A stretch of 64,000 bases of DNA, taken from assembly GCA_023205875.1 (NCBI GenBank), contig CP060760.1, positions 186,001-250,000 of the forward strand, read 5' to 3'. Each line of letters begins with the position of its first letter. Position 1 is the first letter of the stretch. Origin of the DNA: Chloropicon primus (Eukaryota). The position numbers were made by a program, and so were the translations under genes. The notes beneath the pieces are model-generated. The model was not told where the DNA came from, searched no databases, and worked only from the letters and a program-made list of their open reading frames with translations. Shown here in pieces: positions 28,992 through 40,073 of this stretch.

Positions 28992-30189
28992 ATGGCGAGG
29001 CGCTATGATTCCAGGACGACAATCTTCAGCCCGGAGGGAAGGCTTTACCAGGTCAGTCCACCTTCTCTTCCTTTCTTCCCAACACCGGTTTCCTCGTTCT
29101 TGACGAGGACGAGGACGATGGCATGAAGAAGAACGGAGAGAGGGTCTCCGGCGAGAGGGTGATCTATGATCTATTCCTTCGCCGAAAGGTGGAGTTGGCA
29201 TCCGTTACGAGTGACGACGATGTCGATGGTGATGTTCGTTGCCTCTCGTCCGAGTGACGGAAGCTTGTCACGTCTTCTTCTTCTTCTTCTTCATCCCTTC
29301 GACGTGATCACGAGGAGGCAGGGGCATGATGTTGTTTTTGTTTTTGTTTTTGTTTCGTTTTGGCTGACACTGTGGTGGTGCGTTGGTCTCGGCATCCGGC
29401 CCCTTCCGTCGCGCTTGCGTTTCTTTCTCTTGTTGTTTTGTTTCATCTTCTCTCTCTCTCTTGTTCGTTCGTTCGTTCGTTCAGGTCGAGTACGCCATGG
29501 AGTCGATCTCGAACTCTGGTTCGGCGATAGGTATCCTCTGCAAGGAGGGAATCGTCCTGGCGACGGAGAAGAAGGTGATATCGAAGCTTCTTGACACGGG
29601 TGCTGTGGGTTGCAGGAGGGAGAAGATGTACAAGCTGGATGATCACATCGCTGTGGCGGTCGCGGGCCTCACCGCGGACGCGAACATCCTCATAAACAAG
29701 GCCAGGCTGAGCGCCCAGCAGTACCTCTTCACGTACCAGGAGAGCATGCCTGTGGAGCAGCTCGTGAGGAGGCTGTGCGACGTCAAGCAGGGCTACACTC
29801 AGTTCGGGGGCATGCGCCCCTTCGGGGTCTCCTTCCTGTACGCCGGCTGGGACGAGGAGAGCGGGTACCAGCTCTACCACTCCGATCCCAGTGGGAACTA
29901 CGCGGGGTGGAAGGCCCACGCCATTGGGGCCAACAACCAGCAGGCCCAGAACATTCTGAACCAGGAGTACAAGGAAGATTTCACATTCAGGGATGCCATG
30001 AAGCTCGCTCTCAAGGTCTTGAGCAAGACGATGGACAGCACCTCCCTCACCTCGGACAAGGTGGAGATGTCCACCGTCAAGTACGACGAGGGCGCGTCCC
30101 AAGTCGTCTTCTCGTACGTGAGCGAGGAGGAGCTCGATCCATTGACGGCGGAGGTCAACGAGGAAGGCAAGGCTGCGAAAACAGATTGA
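28992..30189 (+). CDS. PSMA4: 20S proteasome alpha-3 subunit (PSMA4/Pre9/PAC1); intron 29052-29484
   Basis: [49 protein letters not shown] and SDPSGNYAGWKA. Confidence 0.95.
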
Positions 30190-30351
30190 TTGATGATAAA
30201 TTAAGATCACCCCCGCGATGGTCGTGGGCGGGGCGGGGCGCGTGTTTTTGTATTGTAATATTTCTGGTGAACCGACGACGAACGAACGAACGGCGAACGC
30301 GCCGCTTTCGTGGCCTCTCTCTTCCCCTCTCCTCTCCTAAACTAACTTCGC

Positions 30352-31701
30352 TCAAAGCTTGCTGCTGTGGACCTCAATCTTCTTGAGGATAATGGTCTTC
30401 TTCTTGTGGTAGATCTCCAGGCAGGTCGCGAAGGAAGCCGCCGCGGACACGACCATCAGGACTCCGAAGAGAATGGAAGCCGATCCAAGAAGGAAGAGGT
30501 TGTCCGCAACCTCGTTCCTAAAGTGCTTCTCGTTCACGCCCGTGTAGTCGTGGGCAATCTTCCTCCAGTGCTTGTGTACAAGGTCGCTCACCACGTGGGG
30601 GTAAGCGATGACGAAGACTCCGACCACCGAGACGAAGAGGGATAAAATACACATCAGGAAGAGGTGGAGCCCCATGGCGAGGAGAGACTGCGCCCGCACG
30701 CCGTAGATCCCCAGGGAGGACAGCAGGATGATGGCCACCCCCGACACGGCCGTTACTCCCGGTGCCCACTGCCCGCCAATGTTCTTCGCCCCGTAGTACA
30801 CGCTGAGGCTGACGAGAACGAGGCCGGAAAAGATGGCGGACACCGAGCAGCTCACCATGACTTTCCTGAGCGTGAAGTAGTGCCCCATCGTCCTGGAGGA
30901 CGCCCAAAGGCCCAGCGTCATCGTCACCGAGGCCACGAGGCAGAACGCCCCCGAGATGATCAAGTTCGAGTTGTCCTCGATCTGAGCGAGGACGTCCTTC
31001 TTCGTCCCGGGGACCAGGGGCCTGATGCTCCTCCAGTGGCTGTCGACCTCCCTCTCCAGGAACCGCTGCGTCTCGTTCTGGTACTGGAAGCACATGACCG
31101 CCCCCCAAATCAGGACGCAGACGAACACGAGGACGGTGCTAAAGTAACCGAAGAGGATCTCCTTCCCGACCCTCCTCGACGGGCACATGGACCCGAACGA
31201 GCCGCAGAGGGACAGGACCAGCAGGGCCACCCCGAGCGCGATGACCAGCTGGTAAGGCTTCAGGACGTTCCTGATGTACCCGTGCTGGATGTACTCCGTG
31301 GCGTCCGCCAGGGTGACCTCCCCCAGCTCCAGTATCTCCTCCCCCACCGCCGCGAACGCCTCCTGGGGCGAGGACAAGTCGATCGCCGTGCGGTTCGACG
31401 CCCCGTAGTAGATCAGGAGGACCGCGAACACGAGGGAGAGGACGTTCGAGAACACGAGAACCCCCCTGGCGAACTTGATCCTCTGCCGGCTCCTCATCGA
31501 GTCGATGTGCTCCTGGAGCTCCTTGATGGAGGGGGTCTGCTCGAGGTCGTCGTCGTCCAGGTCTTCGACGGAGGAGGGCGCAGTCATCGAGGACAGCGGG
31601 GAGAGACCCGAGACCCCTGACGACGACGGTGGAGGCGGAGGGGGATGGGCCGCCTCCTCGTCGCGCCTCCAGTCCTCCGGGGTCGTGGCCACGTTTCCCA
31701 T
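30352..31701 (-). CDS. Membrane protein with two tetraspanin-like 4-TM halves
   Basis: About 8 hydrophobic segments; each half has an S..G..G TM2 end and a helical loop containing HWR; N-terminal MGN. Confidence 0.65.
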   Translation of the reverse strand: MGNVATTPEDWRRDEEAAHPPPPPPSSSGVSGLSPLSSMTAPSSVEDLDDDDLEQTPSIKELQEHIDSMRSRQRIKFARGVLVFSNVLSLVFAVLLIYYGASNRTAIDLSSPQEAFAAVGEEILELGEVTLADATEYIQHGYIRNVLKPYQLVIALGVALLVLSLCGSFGSMCPSRRVGKEILFGYFSTVLVFVCVLIWGAVMCFQYQNETQRFLEREVDSHWRSIRPLVPGTKKDVLAQIEDNSNLIISGAFCLVASVTMTLGLWASSRTMGHYFTLRKVMVSCSVSAIFSGLVLVSLSVYYGAKNIGGQWAPGVTAVSGVAIILLSSLGIYGVRAQSLLAMGLHLFLMCILSLFVSVVGVFVIAYPHVVSDLVHKHWRKIAHDYTGVNEKHFRNEVADNLFLLGSASILFGVLMVVSAAASFATCLEIYHKKKTIILKKIEVHSSKL

Positions 31702-32058
31702 GTTGTGATGTGTTTTGCAGATGGAGATCGTCTCTCTCGTCTCTCGTCCCTCTCGTCTCTCTCTCTCTCTCTCTCTCTCTCTCCTGACGCCGCCGCCGCG
31801 GTGTGCGTGAGTAATGCGTGCGTTGCGTGCGTGCGGCGCTCCACCGCAGCCTCCCGTTTGTTCTTTGCCGGGCTAGACGACCGACTTCTCGGGCGTTACG
31901 TTCGCCGCCTCGCCCGTTACCCCCGAGGAGGGGAAAATTTTTTTCCCTGCTCATCATCGAAGTCATCGCCAAGAATAGCCCCGAGGTGGTCTCGGGAGGG
32001 GATCGCGCGACATTAAAGTGAACACGCGCTGCGGCAACCCCATCACCTAACTCATACG

Positions 32059-32358
32059 ATGTTTTCTTCTTCTTCCAGCAAGACCGTTCTTCCCCTCGTC
32101 GTCGCTGCAGCCCTCGCTGCTGCTGCGGTAGTCGTCGAGGCGTCCACGACGAGGAACCTGTTGATGATGCCCCAACCCGGTGCACTCGCCGGGGCAGTGG
32201 GGGGCGCTCTTGGACAGGCACAAGCGGCTGTCGGGGGGGTCGCCGCAGCCCTCCCTGGAATCGCACAGCAGGGAGCAGCAGTCACCGCAGGGATCCTGAA
32301 CGGCATCATGGAGTTCGGGCGCTCGCAGTACGAGCCCATGCTGGGCATGACGGTCTGA
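32059..32358 (+). CDS. Small Ala/Gly-rich secreted protein
   Basis: ATG start, signal peptide ending VEA, RNLL motif; fills the gap between two minus-strand genes. Confidence 0.6.
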   Translation: MFSSSSSKTVLPLVVAAALAAAAVVVEASTTRNLLMMPQPGALAGAVGGALGQAQAAVGGVAAALPGIAQQGAAVTAGILNGIMEFGRSQYEPMLGMTV

Positions 32359-32460
32359 GCGTTCTCCTGACAGCATTAATTTCTGTTCGAAACCTTTCAA
32401 TGATAACTTATTCCGACGAAGCAACGCAACAAGTCCTGCTCCTCCTCCCCCGACCCTCTC

Positions 32461-33981
32461 TCAAGCTCCTGCTCCTGCTGCTGGGACCAGGTCCTCCTCC
32501 TCCTGCCCGGTATATTCGCAGACGTCGTCCAGGCTCAATTCCGCGATGGACAGGTCCTGCAGGAAGTGCACGGTGGCCTTCCCTCGGCTCGTCATACGCT
32601 TGACGAGGGTGCAGACCCTGCCCCTCGAGCCGCCCTTGACCACGAGGAGCTTGGTGCCCTTGGCCTTGGGCACGACGGTCTCCAAGCAGGACTGGGAGAC
32701 CCCGTTCATTCTCTTGCCGTCCTCGTCGAGGACGACGTCGCACCGGTGGGGCTCCACCACGTCCACCACGACGGCTTTCTTCAAGTACGCCTTCCCCGTG
32801 CCCAGGTGCTTGTCCACCACCCGCACCCTCAGGCCGCTGTGAAGCCAAGGCGGGGACCTCCCTCCGCTTCGCCGAGGAGGCTTTCCCTTCTTGTCCTTGT
32901 CCCCTTTGCTTGGGGATCGTCCGGGCTCCGCGAGCTCCTTGCACCGCACTTCCACGACCTCCTCGCTGGCCACGAGCCTCACGCTCGCGTACGCGCTCCT
33001 GCCCCTCTCCCTCGGCAGGAGCCTCAGCACGACGCACTGGAGGCCCTCGTGCTTTCCGCCCACGACCGCCATGCGCTTCCCCTCCTGCACCCCCGGGCCC
33101 TTATACTCCACCATCTTCTCGTCCAAGTGCCTGGTGTGCCTCACCCTGCCGGCGTCCCCCGCCGCCGCCAGGAGGACCTTGCTCCTCTTCGACTTGTCCT
33201 CCCCCGGCTTGTTGATCCAGTTCGGCTTGCTCGTGGGCTCCTTGGGCCGCGCCCCGAGTCCCAAGCGGTCCGGGCGCGACAGGAACTCCACGACTTTGAC
33301 GTCCTCCTTGGCGTTCCGGCCCACCCCCTTGCCTTCCCTCCAGCCCATGCCCCGCATCATCGCCTTGCCGAACTCCTCGACGGGCATCGCCACGTAACGC
33401 TCGCTGTCCGCCCCAAGCTCCTCGGGAAGGTCCCTCACGTCGTTCCTGAACGCCTGCTCCTCGCTCAAGTGGCTGGCCCTTCCGCCTCGACTCCGAGCCA
33501 CCTGGGAGGACGCGGGCCGCTCCCCGCCCGAGTCTTCCCTCCTCCGCCGTACCTCGAGGCCGTACACCTTCCCGGACCCCCCCTCCTCCCCCTCCTCCCC
33601 CCCTGCTCCTGCCTCCTCCTCCTTGCAGAACTTGTTGGCCATGGAAGCTTTGCCCTCTTCGCCGGTCGCCCCGCGTCGCACGAGGTCGTCCACCTCATCC
33701 GCCGCGCTCTCAGGGAGGTACCTCTCCGCGTTGAACCGCCTGTCGCCCTGGCCAGGGACGAACGTGTCCTCCTGCTTCGGTATCACGAACACCTTCGCCT
33801 TGCCTGCAGGACGCTTGGACGTGGAGGGATGGGCATCATCACCGTCGTCGCCGCCGTTGTCGAAGCCGAGGAGGTTCGTGGCTTTCCTCTTGGCCTCGCC
33901 CTGGTCGTGGTCGCCGCCGGAGCTCCCCCTCTTCTTGCCTCGTCCCTTGAGGGCGAAGCTGTTGAACGAGGAGGTCGCCAT
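32461..33981 (-). CDS. MOS2: G-patch and KOW domain splicing factor (Spp2/MOS2/GPKOW)
   Basis: MPVEEFGKAMMRGMGW.EGKGVG...RP.RLGLGA; C-terminal KOW/KIN17-like W....LRVRVVDK and QSCLETVVPK. Confidence 0.88.
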   Translation of the reverse strand: MATSSFNSFALKGRGKKRGSSGGDHDQGEAKRKATNLLGFDNGGDDGDDAHPSTSKRPAGKAKVFVIPKQEDTFVPGQGDRRFNAERYLPESAADEVDDLVRRGATGEEGKASMANKFCKEEEAGAGGEEGEEGGSGKVYGLEVRRRREDSGGERPASSQVARSRGGRASHLSEEQAFRNDVRDLPEELGADSERYVAMPVEEFGKAMMRGMGWREGKGVGRNAKEDVKVVEFLSRPDRLGLGARPKEPTSKPNWINKPGEDKSKRSKVLLAAAGDAGRVRHTRHLDEKMVEYKGPGVQEGKRMAVVGGKHEGLQCVVLRLLPRERGRSAYASVRLVASEEVVEVRCKELAEPGRSPSKGDKDKKGKPPRRSGGRSPPWLHSGLRVRVVDKHLGTGKAYLKKAVVVDVVEPHRCDVVLDEDGKRMNGVSQSCLETVVPKAKGTKLLVVKGGSRGRVCTLVKRMTSRGKATVHFLQDLSIAELSLDDVCEYTGQEEEDLVPAAGAGA

Positions 33982-34218
33982 AGGATGATTGATCTCCTCT
34001 GCTCTGCTCTGCTGCTCTGGACGGAGGGCCCAGTCCCTGGAGGACTCTCTGTGATTGATGGTGAAGAGTGTGTGTGTGGGTGGGGGGGCAAAGGGAGGGG
34101 GCTGGATGCGGAGTCTCGGTGCCTCCCTGTTTCGCTTTTTTGAAAAGGGAATGGAAGGATTGGAGGGACGAAGAGGCTCTGCTCTGTGGAGGATCGATCG
34201 ACCTGAGATTCTCCCTTA

Positions 34219-35946
34219 CTACACCATGATATTGTTAAGCTGGTCGTTGACGATGGAGGCAATGCTGTCCGCCAGCTCGTGAAGCCTCTTGCTCTCCTTT
34301 GGCCTCGAGTCCTGGCTCATAACCTTCATCTTGGCCGCCACAAAGTTGTGGGAGAGGATGAGATTCCCCAAAGCGCTGCAAGTCTCCAGGCACTCGTTGA
34401 TCTGATTCGTGAGGGCCGCGCGGTCTTCCTCCGCCAGAGGGGGCTCCCCCCTCCTCTCCCGTCGCGCCAGGTAGATTTTCGTGCCCAGCCGCGCAACGTC
34501 CCAGCGGCCACCCTCCTCTTCCTTGTCCCCCTCCGCCACGAGCTCCTCCCTCAGAAGGCCTTCTGGGAAGACCATGGAGGAGTCGATCAGGCGGATTTCC
34601 ACTCGGTTTGCCGATCCCCCGACCCCGCCAAGCTTCAGGCCCATCTCGAAGCTCTCGGACAGACTCCTCTGCGCCCTCCACCTGCCCTTGCCCTCCCTGT
34701 CGCCGCCGAACGAGCTGTCCATGGCGGCCAAGGCAGCCGCGTACCCCCCCTGGCTCGCCGCCGGCTTCCCCCCGCCACCCCACTCCCCCTCCTCCTCGGG
34801 GACTCGAACGAAAGTCCCGCCATAGCCCCCCCCTTCGTCCTCGCTTATCGTATCGTGGATCACGAGGCTTCCGCTGGACTCCAAAGTCGCTCCCGGTTCC
34901 GCGGGCCTGCTCCTGTTCCAAGAGAACGCGCCGCCGGCGTCATCCTTCTCGACCGTCGAGCCCAAAGGGGCGTGCAAGGCGTACAGGGCGTCCAAGTTCT
35001 CCCGCACGAGCTCCCGGACCTCGTCCTTCCTGTCACAGTCCCCGCTGAAGAACTCGTGGCTGCTCACCTGGTCCGCCTTGGGTCTCATCCTCGCCTCCTT
35101 GAGCAGGCACCTCCGGACGAAGTCCTGGAAGCCCTTGGACCACTGGGCTTGGTCCTCCAGCCTCGGCGCGGGGTCTTTTGAGATCATGAAGAGGACCCTC
35201 ATGGGGTGCACGAACCACCGAGGCGGGTACTTCTCCGCCATCTCGATGGCGGAGATTCCCAGGGCCCAGATGTCCACCTTCCCGTCGTACCTACTCTCCC
35301 GGATGACCTCCGGGGCCATCCAGTGGGGCGTGCCGATGAACGTGTTCCTCTTGGACATGGTCGTCGTCAGCTGAGCCGCGACCCCAAAGTCCGCGAGCTT
35401 CACCTCCCCGGACTCCGTGAGGAGGATGTTGCTGCACTTGATGTCCCTGTGTATCCTGGATATGCTGTGCAGGTACTCGATCCCCTTGAGGCACTCGGAG
35501 CACACGTACCGGATCAGGCCCTCCGGCAGGGGCTTGTCAGTGACGTTGATGAGGTCGCTGACCGAGCCTCCCGCGCAGTACTCCATCACGATCCACAGGT
35601 GGCGGTCACCCAGCTTGTGGGACGCCTTGTACCTCACGACGTTCGGGTGCTTGCACTCCTGGAGCACGCTTATCTCCCTCTGCACGGCCCTGTACCCCTC
35701 CTCGTCCTGCCGGGGCAGGACTATCCTCTTGGCCGCGACCACCTCCCCCGTGTCCCTGTCTCTGGCCTTGTACACCGAGCCGTAAGACCCCTTCCCGAGC
35801 CTCTCCACGAGCTCCAGGTTCTCCGGACAGTCAGGGGGGCGGTCCACGTCGTCGTCGCCGTCCTGCTGCTGCTTCGACGGCGACGACTTGGACTTGGACG
35901 ACGACGACGTTGATGGTTGTTGTTGTTGTTGTTGTGACGATGACAT
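34219..35946 (-). CDS. STE20-family (MST/MAP4K/SIK1-like) Ser/Thr kinase
   Basis: LGKGSYGSVYKA, HRDIKCSNILL, DFG and KRNTFIGTPHWMAPEVI. Confidence 0.92.
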   Translation of the reverse strand: MSSSQQQQQQPSTSSSSKSKSSPSKQQQDGDDDVDRPPDCPENLELVERLGKGSYGSVYKARDRDTGEVVAAKRIVLPRQDEEGYRAVQREISVLQECKHPNVVRYKASHKLGDRHLWIVMEYCAGGSVSDLINVTDKPLPEGLIRYVCSECLKGIEYLHSISRIHRDIKCSNILLTESGEVKLADFGVAAQLTTTMSKRNTFIGTPHWMAPEVIRESRYDGKVDIWALGISAIEMAEKYPPRWFVHPMRVLFMISKDPAPRLEDQAQWSKGFQDFVRRCLLKEARMRPKADQVSSHEFFSGDCDRKDEVRELVRENLDALYALHAPLGSTVEKDDAGGAFSWNRSRPAEPGATLESSGSLVIHDTISEDEGGGYGGTFVRVPEEEGEWGGGGKPAASQGGYAAALAAMDSSFGGDREGKGRWRAQRSLSESFEMGLKLGGVGGSANRVEIRLIDSSMVFPEGLLREELVAEGDKEEEGGRWDVARLGTKIYLARRERRGEPPLAEEDRAALTNQINECLETCSALGNLILSHNFVAAKMKVMSQDSRPKESKRLHELADSIASIVNDQLNNIMV

Positions 35947-36133
35947 CGTGTTGTCGCTGTGCTGCTAATCTGGGCGTCCGCGTGCGGGGCTCAGAGCTGA
36001 GACGAGGGTTCCTCAAGTGCCGCAATCAATCCTGGTTCCGCGCGTCATCCACACCTCGACACCACCTGGGTGATGATGTTTGTCGTCATCCCCCCGAGGA
36101 CAGAAGCAGAAGCAGAGGGAGGAGGTGTGACGG

Positions 36134-36389
36134 TCGAAAGATCTCGAGAAGTAGCTTCGGATACCACGAACCAAACCTCCCCTCTTCCGCCCCTCAGTCG
36201 ACCTCAAACCACCCAAGGCCTCGGCAAGTCCCCCCTCCTCGATGATGATGCCAACTTCGATCCCTCTATTCGAGCGCCAAATCCCTCGATGGACACGTCG
36301 TTCGAAAGATCTCGAGACGTATCTTCGGATCACACGAACCAAACCTCCCCTCCCCGCCTCTTCCTCCCCTCAGTCGACCTCAAACCACT
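36134..36389. repeat. Direct duplication, offset 168 bp
   Basis: TCGAAAGATCTCGAGA.GTA.CTTCGGAT..CACGAACCAAACCTCCCCTC...CTCAGTCGACCTCAAACCAC at 36134 and 36302. Confidence 0.9.
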
Positions 36390-36436
36390 ACGACCCTCCC
36401 CCTTCCTCGCCCCTTCGGAGAAAAACCAAAACCCCG

Positions 36437-36461
36437 AAACCCTAAACGCGTAAACCCTAAA
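36437..36461 (+). promoter_or_regulatory. Two telo-box elements (AAACCCTAA) upstream of eIF4A
   Basis: AAACCCTAAA at 36437 and 36452. Telo-boxes are known upstream of translation-machinery genes in plants. Confidence 0.6.
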
Positions 36462-36768
36462 TGTACATTTCGGATGTACCCCTTTCCTTACACCTTTTCC
36501 TCACCCGTGTCTCCAAAAATCCCGCGTTTGTGTCGAAAAAATGCGGCGCGAGTAGGAATTCCATGTTAAGTCTGTTGTTTTGTTTTTCTTTTCTCGTGAA
36601 GGGTTCATTGTGTGGTGTTTTCTACTCTCTTGACGCCCCCCCGTGTTGTTGGTGAGATCCTGAAGGCCAAGCACTATTTTCGCCGCCATCAGAAGAAGAG
36701 AACAGCGCGCGCACAACACCACGAGAGAGACAGAGAGACAGAGACAGACGACAGAGAGAGAGAGAGAG

Positions 36769-37592
36769 GTAAGGACGCATACGAAGACCAGGACGACGAG
36801 AACGACGACAGGAGGATGGGACTGTGCATGGAGGGTAAACTACACCACTGCTGGGTGGGGTTGGGGTTTGGAGTCAGGAACGTGGGAGGGGACCGTGGAG
36901 CATCAGCATCATGTCATCTCGTGATCAACACCACCAAACACAAAACACAAACACCAAGCACCACAACCTGAGGGAACCGGCATGGCGTGACATGCATGTA
37001 GGACCCACCACATCACTGCTGGGTTGCTTGGGGTTTGGAGTGAGGAACGTGGGAGGGGACCGTGGAGCATCAGCATCATGTCATCTCGTGATCAACACCA
37101 CCAAACACAAAACACAAACACCAAGCACCCAGCACCTGAGGGAACCGGCATGGCGTGACATGCATGTAGGACCCACCACATCACTGCTGGGTTGGGTTGA
37201 GGTTTGAGTGAGGAACGTGGGAGGGGACCGTGGAGCATCATCATGATGTCATCTCGTGATCAACACCACCAAACACCAAACACAAACACCCAGCACCTGA
37301 GGGAACCAGCAGGGCGTGAGGTGACCGAGAGCAGCGATGTTTGTGGTGATGCGTGTGTTTGTGCGGAACGCGGGAGAGGGAACCCGCCTTGCGCTGGGTT
37401 CTTCCTGGTGATGATGATGATGATGATGATGTCTACATCTTCTTCTTCAACACCACGACCCCTCCACACCTCCACCCTCGCGCCCTTCCCCCACGACAGA
37501 GAAATCTCAACATCTCGCCGCCGCTACTCAATGGCTGACTGACTCTTCCTTCCTTCCTTCCTTCCTTCTCTCTCTCGCTTTATCATCATCAG
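36769..37592 (+). other. Predicted long 5'-UTR intron of eIF4A
   Basis: GAG-GTAAGG donor, GCTGAC branch, long (CTTC)n pyrimidine tract and CAG acceptor 14 nt before the ATG. Confidence 0.7.
36846..37320 (+). repeat. Tandem array of ~3 x 168-bp units with internal inverted arms
   Basis: Units start at 36846, 37014 and 37182; the GT-rich 5' arm is complementary to the CA-rich 3' arm. Confidence 0.95.
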
Positions 37593-37606
37593 GAAGAAGA
37601 AAAAGC

Positions 37607-38857
37607 ATGACTACAGCACCACCAACCACCGGAGAGTTTAACGCGTTCGACGCCAGGAGCTACGATGAGAAGATGAAGGAGCTCATGACCGAGGCCGCGG
37701 AGGACTTTGCCCCCGAGTGGACCGAGGTCTGCGAGTCCTTCGATGACATGGGCTTGCACGAGAACCTCCTGAGAGGTATCTACGCGTACGGTTTCGAGAA
37801 GCCGTCCGCCATCCAGCAGAGGGGCATCGTCCCCATGTGCAGGGGCCTCGACGTCATCCAGCAGGCCCAGTCGGGTACCGGTAAGACCGCGACCTTCTGC
37901 GCCGGAATCTTGCACATGCTCGACTACTCCTTGCCAGAGTGCCAGGCTCTCGTCCTCGCCCCAACTAGGGAGCTCGCACAGCAGATCGAGAAGGTCATGA
38001 GGGCCCTCGGCGACTACTTGCAGGTCAAGTGCCACGCCTGCGTGGGAGGAACCAGCGTCAGGGAGGACACCAGGATCCTCCAGTCCGGAGTCCACGTCGT
38101 CGTCGGTACTCCAGGTCGTGTCTACGATATGCTCAGAAGGAGGGCGCTCCGTCAGGACTACATTAAGATTTTCTCCCTCGATGAGGCCGACGAGATGTTG
38201 TCCAGGGGATTCAAGGACCAGATCTACGACATTTTCCAGCTCTTGCCAGAGAAGCTCCAGGTCGGAGTTTTCTCGGCTACAATGCCACCAGAGGCCTTGG
38301 AGATCACCAGGAAGTTCATGGCCAAGCCTGTGCGCATTTTGGTGAAGAGGGAGGAGCTCACCCTTGAGGGTATCAAGCAGTTCTACGTCGATTGCGACCG
38401 CGAGGACTGGAAGCTCGAGACGCTGTGTGACCTGTACGAGACCTTGGCCATCACGCAGAGTGTCATTTTCTGTAACACTAGGAGAAAGGTCGACTGGCTC
38501 ACCGATAGGATGAGGGCCAGGGACCACGTTGTGTCCGCCACTCACGGAGACATGGACCAGAACCAGAGAGATATCATCATGAGAGAGTTCAGGTCTGGAT
38601 CCTCCCGTGTCTTGATCACCACCGACTTGCTTGCCAGAGGTATTGATGTCCAGCAGGTTTCCCTTGTCATTAACTACGACCTCCCAACACAGCCAGAGAA
38701 CTACCTGCACAGAATCGGAAGAGGAGGACGTTTCGGACGTAAGGGTGTAGCAATTAACTTCGTCACGAAAGACGACGAGCAGATGCTGCAGAACATCCAG
38801 AGGTTCTACAACACCGTCATCGAGCAGCTCCCATCCAACGTCGCTGACCTCATCTAA
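37607..38857 (+). CDS. eIF4A: Eukaryotic initiation factor 4A (DEAD-box helicase)
   Basis: [43 protein letters not shown] and HRIGRGGR. Confidence 0.97.
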   Translation: MTTAPPTTGEFNAFDARSYDEKMKELMTEAAEDFAPEWTEVCESFDDMGLHENLLRGIYAYGFEKPSAIQQRGIVPMCRGLDVIQQAQSGTGKTATFCAGILHMLDYSLPECQALVLAPTRELAQQIEKVMRALGDYLQVKCHACVGGTSVREDTRILQSGVHVVVGTPGRVYDMLRRRALRQDYIKIFSLDEADEMLSRGFKDQIYDIFQLLPEKLQVGVFSATMPPEALEITRKFMAKPVRILVKREELTLEGIKQFYVDCDREDWKLETLCDLYETLAITQSVIFCNTRRKVDWLTDRMRARDHVVSATHGDMDQNQRDIIMREFRSGSSRVLITTDLLARGIDVQQVSLVINYDLPTQPENYLHRIGRGGRFGRKGVAINFVTKDDEQMLQNIQRFYNTVIEQLPSNVADLI

Positions 38858-39142
38858 ACTTTCGAAGAGCAATAGAGAAAAAGACAAAAAAACAATATCG
38901 AAAAATAGTGACAAACCAATAATGCTGCTGAGCAACTTCGATCTTGTAATATTACGTGAAAATGATTCATTTTATACCCAGCCGCCGCTTGCCTCCACGT
39001 TCCCCCTCCTCTCGTCGCCTTTGCTGCCAACGCTGCAAGAGAGAAGAGTTGTTGTGTGTGCCTGTGTCTGTCCCCAGGCGTCAACCCAAACCCAAACCCA
39101 AACCCTCCCCAGCGGCACCGGTCCCCTTCGTGGCCCAGCTCA

Positions 39143-39406
39143 CTACTTCTTCGGAACCTTGGGCTGCGGTAAGAGTCTCAGCTTATCGCCCATGCTCGTT
39201 GCCTTGGTCAGGACACCCTTTTCATTGAATGCGTTAATCGTCCTCGTGGTCTGCATGCTTTCCTTCCACTTCTCCTTATCTGCTATGCTCTTCGGCGGTT
39301 TATTCAGCTTCCCCTTCTTCGTCTTGGCAACCTTGCCATGCCTGCTCGGCGGCTTCACCTTGCCCTTGGCCTTCTTCCCATTCTTGAACAAATGCTTCTG
39401 CGGCAT
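39143..39406 (-). CDS. Small basic protein, possibly UPF0390/DUF2462 family
   Basis: Lys-rich 87 aa with KKG...PPK, T..IN..NE and G.KL.LL patterns; (GA)n in the 5' region. Confidence 0.6.
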   Translation of the reverse strand: MPQKHLFKNGKKAKGKVKPPSRHGKVAKTKKGKLNKPPKSIADKEKWKESMQTTRTINAFNEKGVLTKATSMGDKLRLLPQPKVPKK

Positions 39407-39427
39407 GCTCTCTCTCCTCTCTCCACA

Positions 39428-39462
<35 letters not shown>

Positions 39463-40073
39463 CCAGCCACTCTCAATGCTCCATCACCTTCTCTTGCTCA
39501 CGGCACGAAGAGCAACGCAACTCGTGGCGATGCAAGCGTCGTCGTGTGGACACGTCGGTGAGTTACTTCCCCTCCGTGATGTCTTCCGTCACCCTCTTCC
39601 CCCCCCTCCTCTCCCTCCTCTCCTCTCCTCTCCTCTTCGCCCGGCGCCAGCTGCTGCTCCAGACTGCTGCACACCTTGGCTGCCCGTGAGAGGAGCGAGG
39701 GAGGGAGTGCGCGCGCGCGAGAGAGAGAGCGGACGGGGAGGAGGGAGAGGGGGAGGGGATACCGACAAGCGTTACGTTTTCTTCTTTCGAAAGAGCTCTC
39801 TCGCGAGAGGAACGACGGTCTGTGGAGGTAGTGACGACGCGGAGACGAGAGGGAGGGAACAGAGGGAGCGAGCGAGAGGAAAGGGGGAGAGGGAGAGGGA
39901 GGGAGAGGGAAGAGCGGAGGGAGAGGGAGGAAGGGAGAGGCAGAAGCGTCTTGCCGTGATCTTTTGTTTGGGTGTTCGGCTGAAAGAAACGACGGTCTGC
40001 GGAGGATTGAGGGAGAGGGAGAGGGAGGGAGCAGAGAGAGCAGAGAGCAGAGAGAGAGAGAAGGTAGGAGAAG

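Noticed and set aside
36421..36461. Telomere or chromosome-fusion remnant
   Set aside because: Only two isolated AAACCCTAA units upstream of a translation factor; better explained as telo-boxes.
36846..37320. 168-bp array as CRISPR, or as an 18S guide via GACATGCATG
   Set aside because: There are no unique spacers. The 10-nt match is a self-palindrome, is not placed next to a D box and is missing from the third copy.
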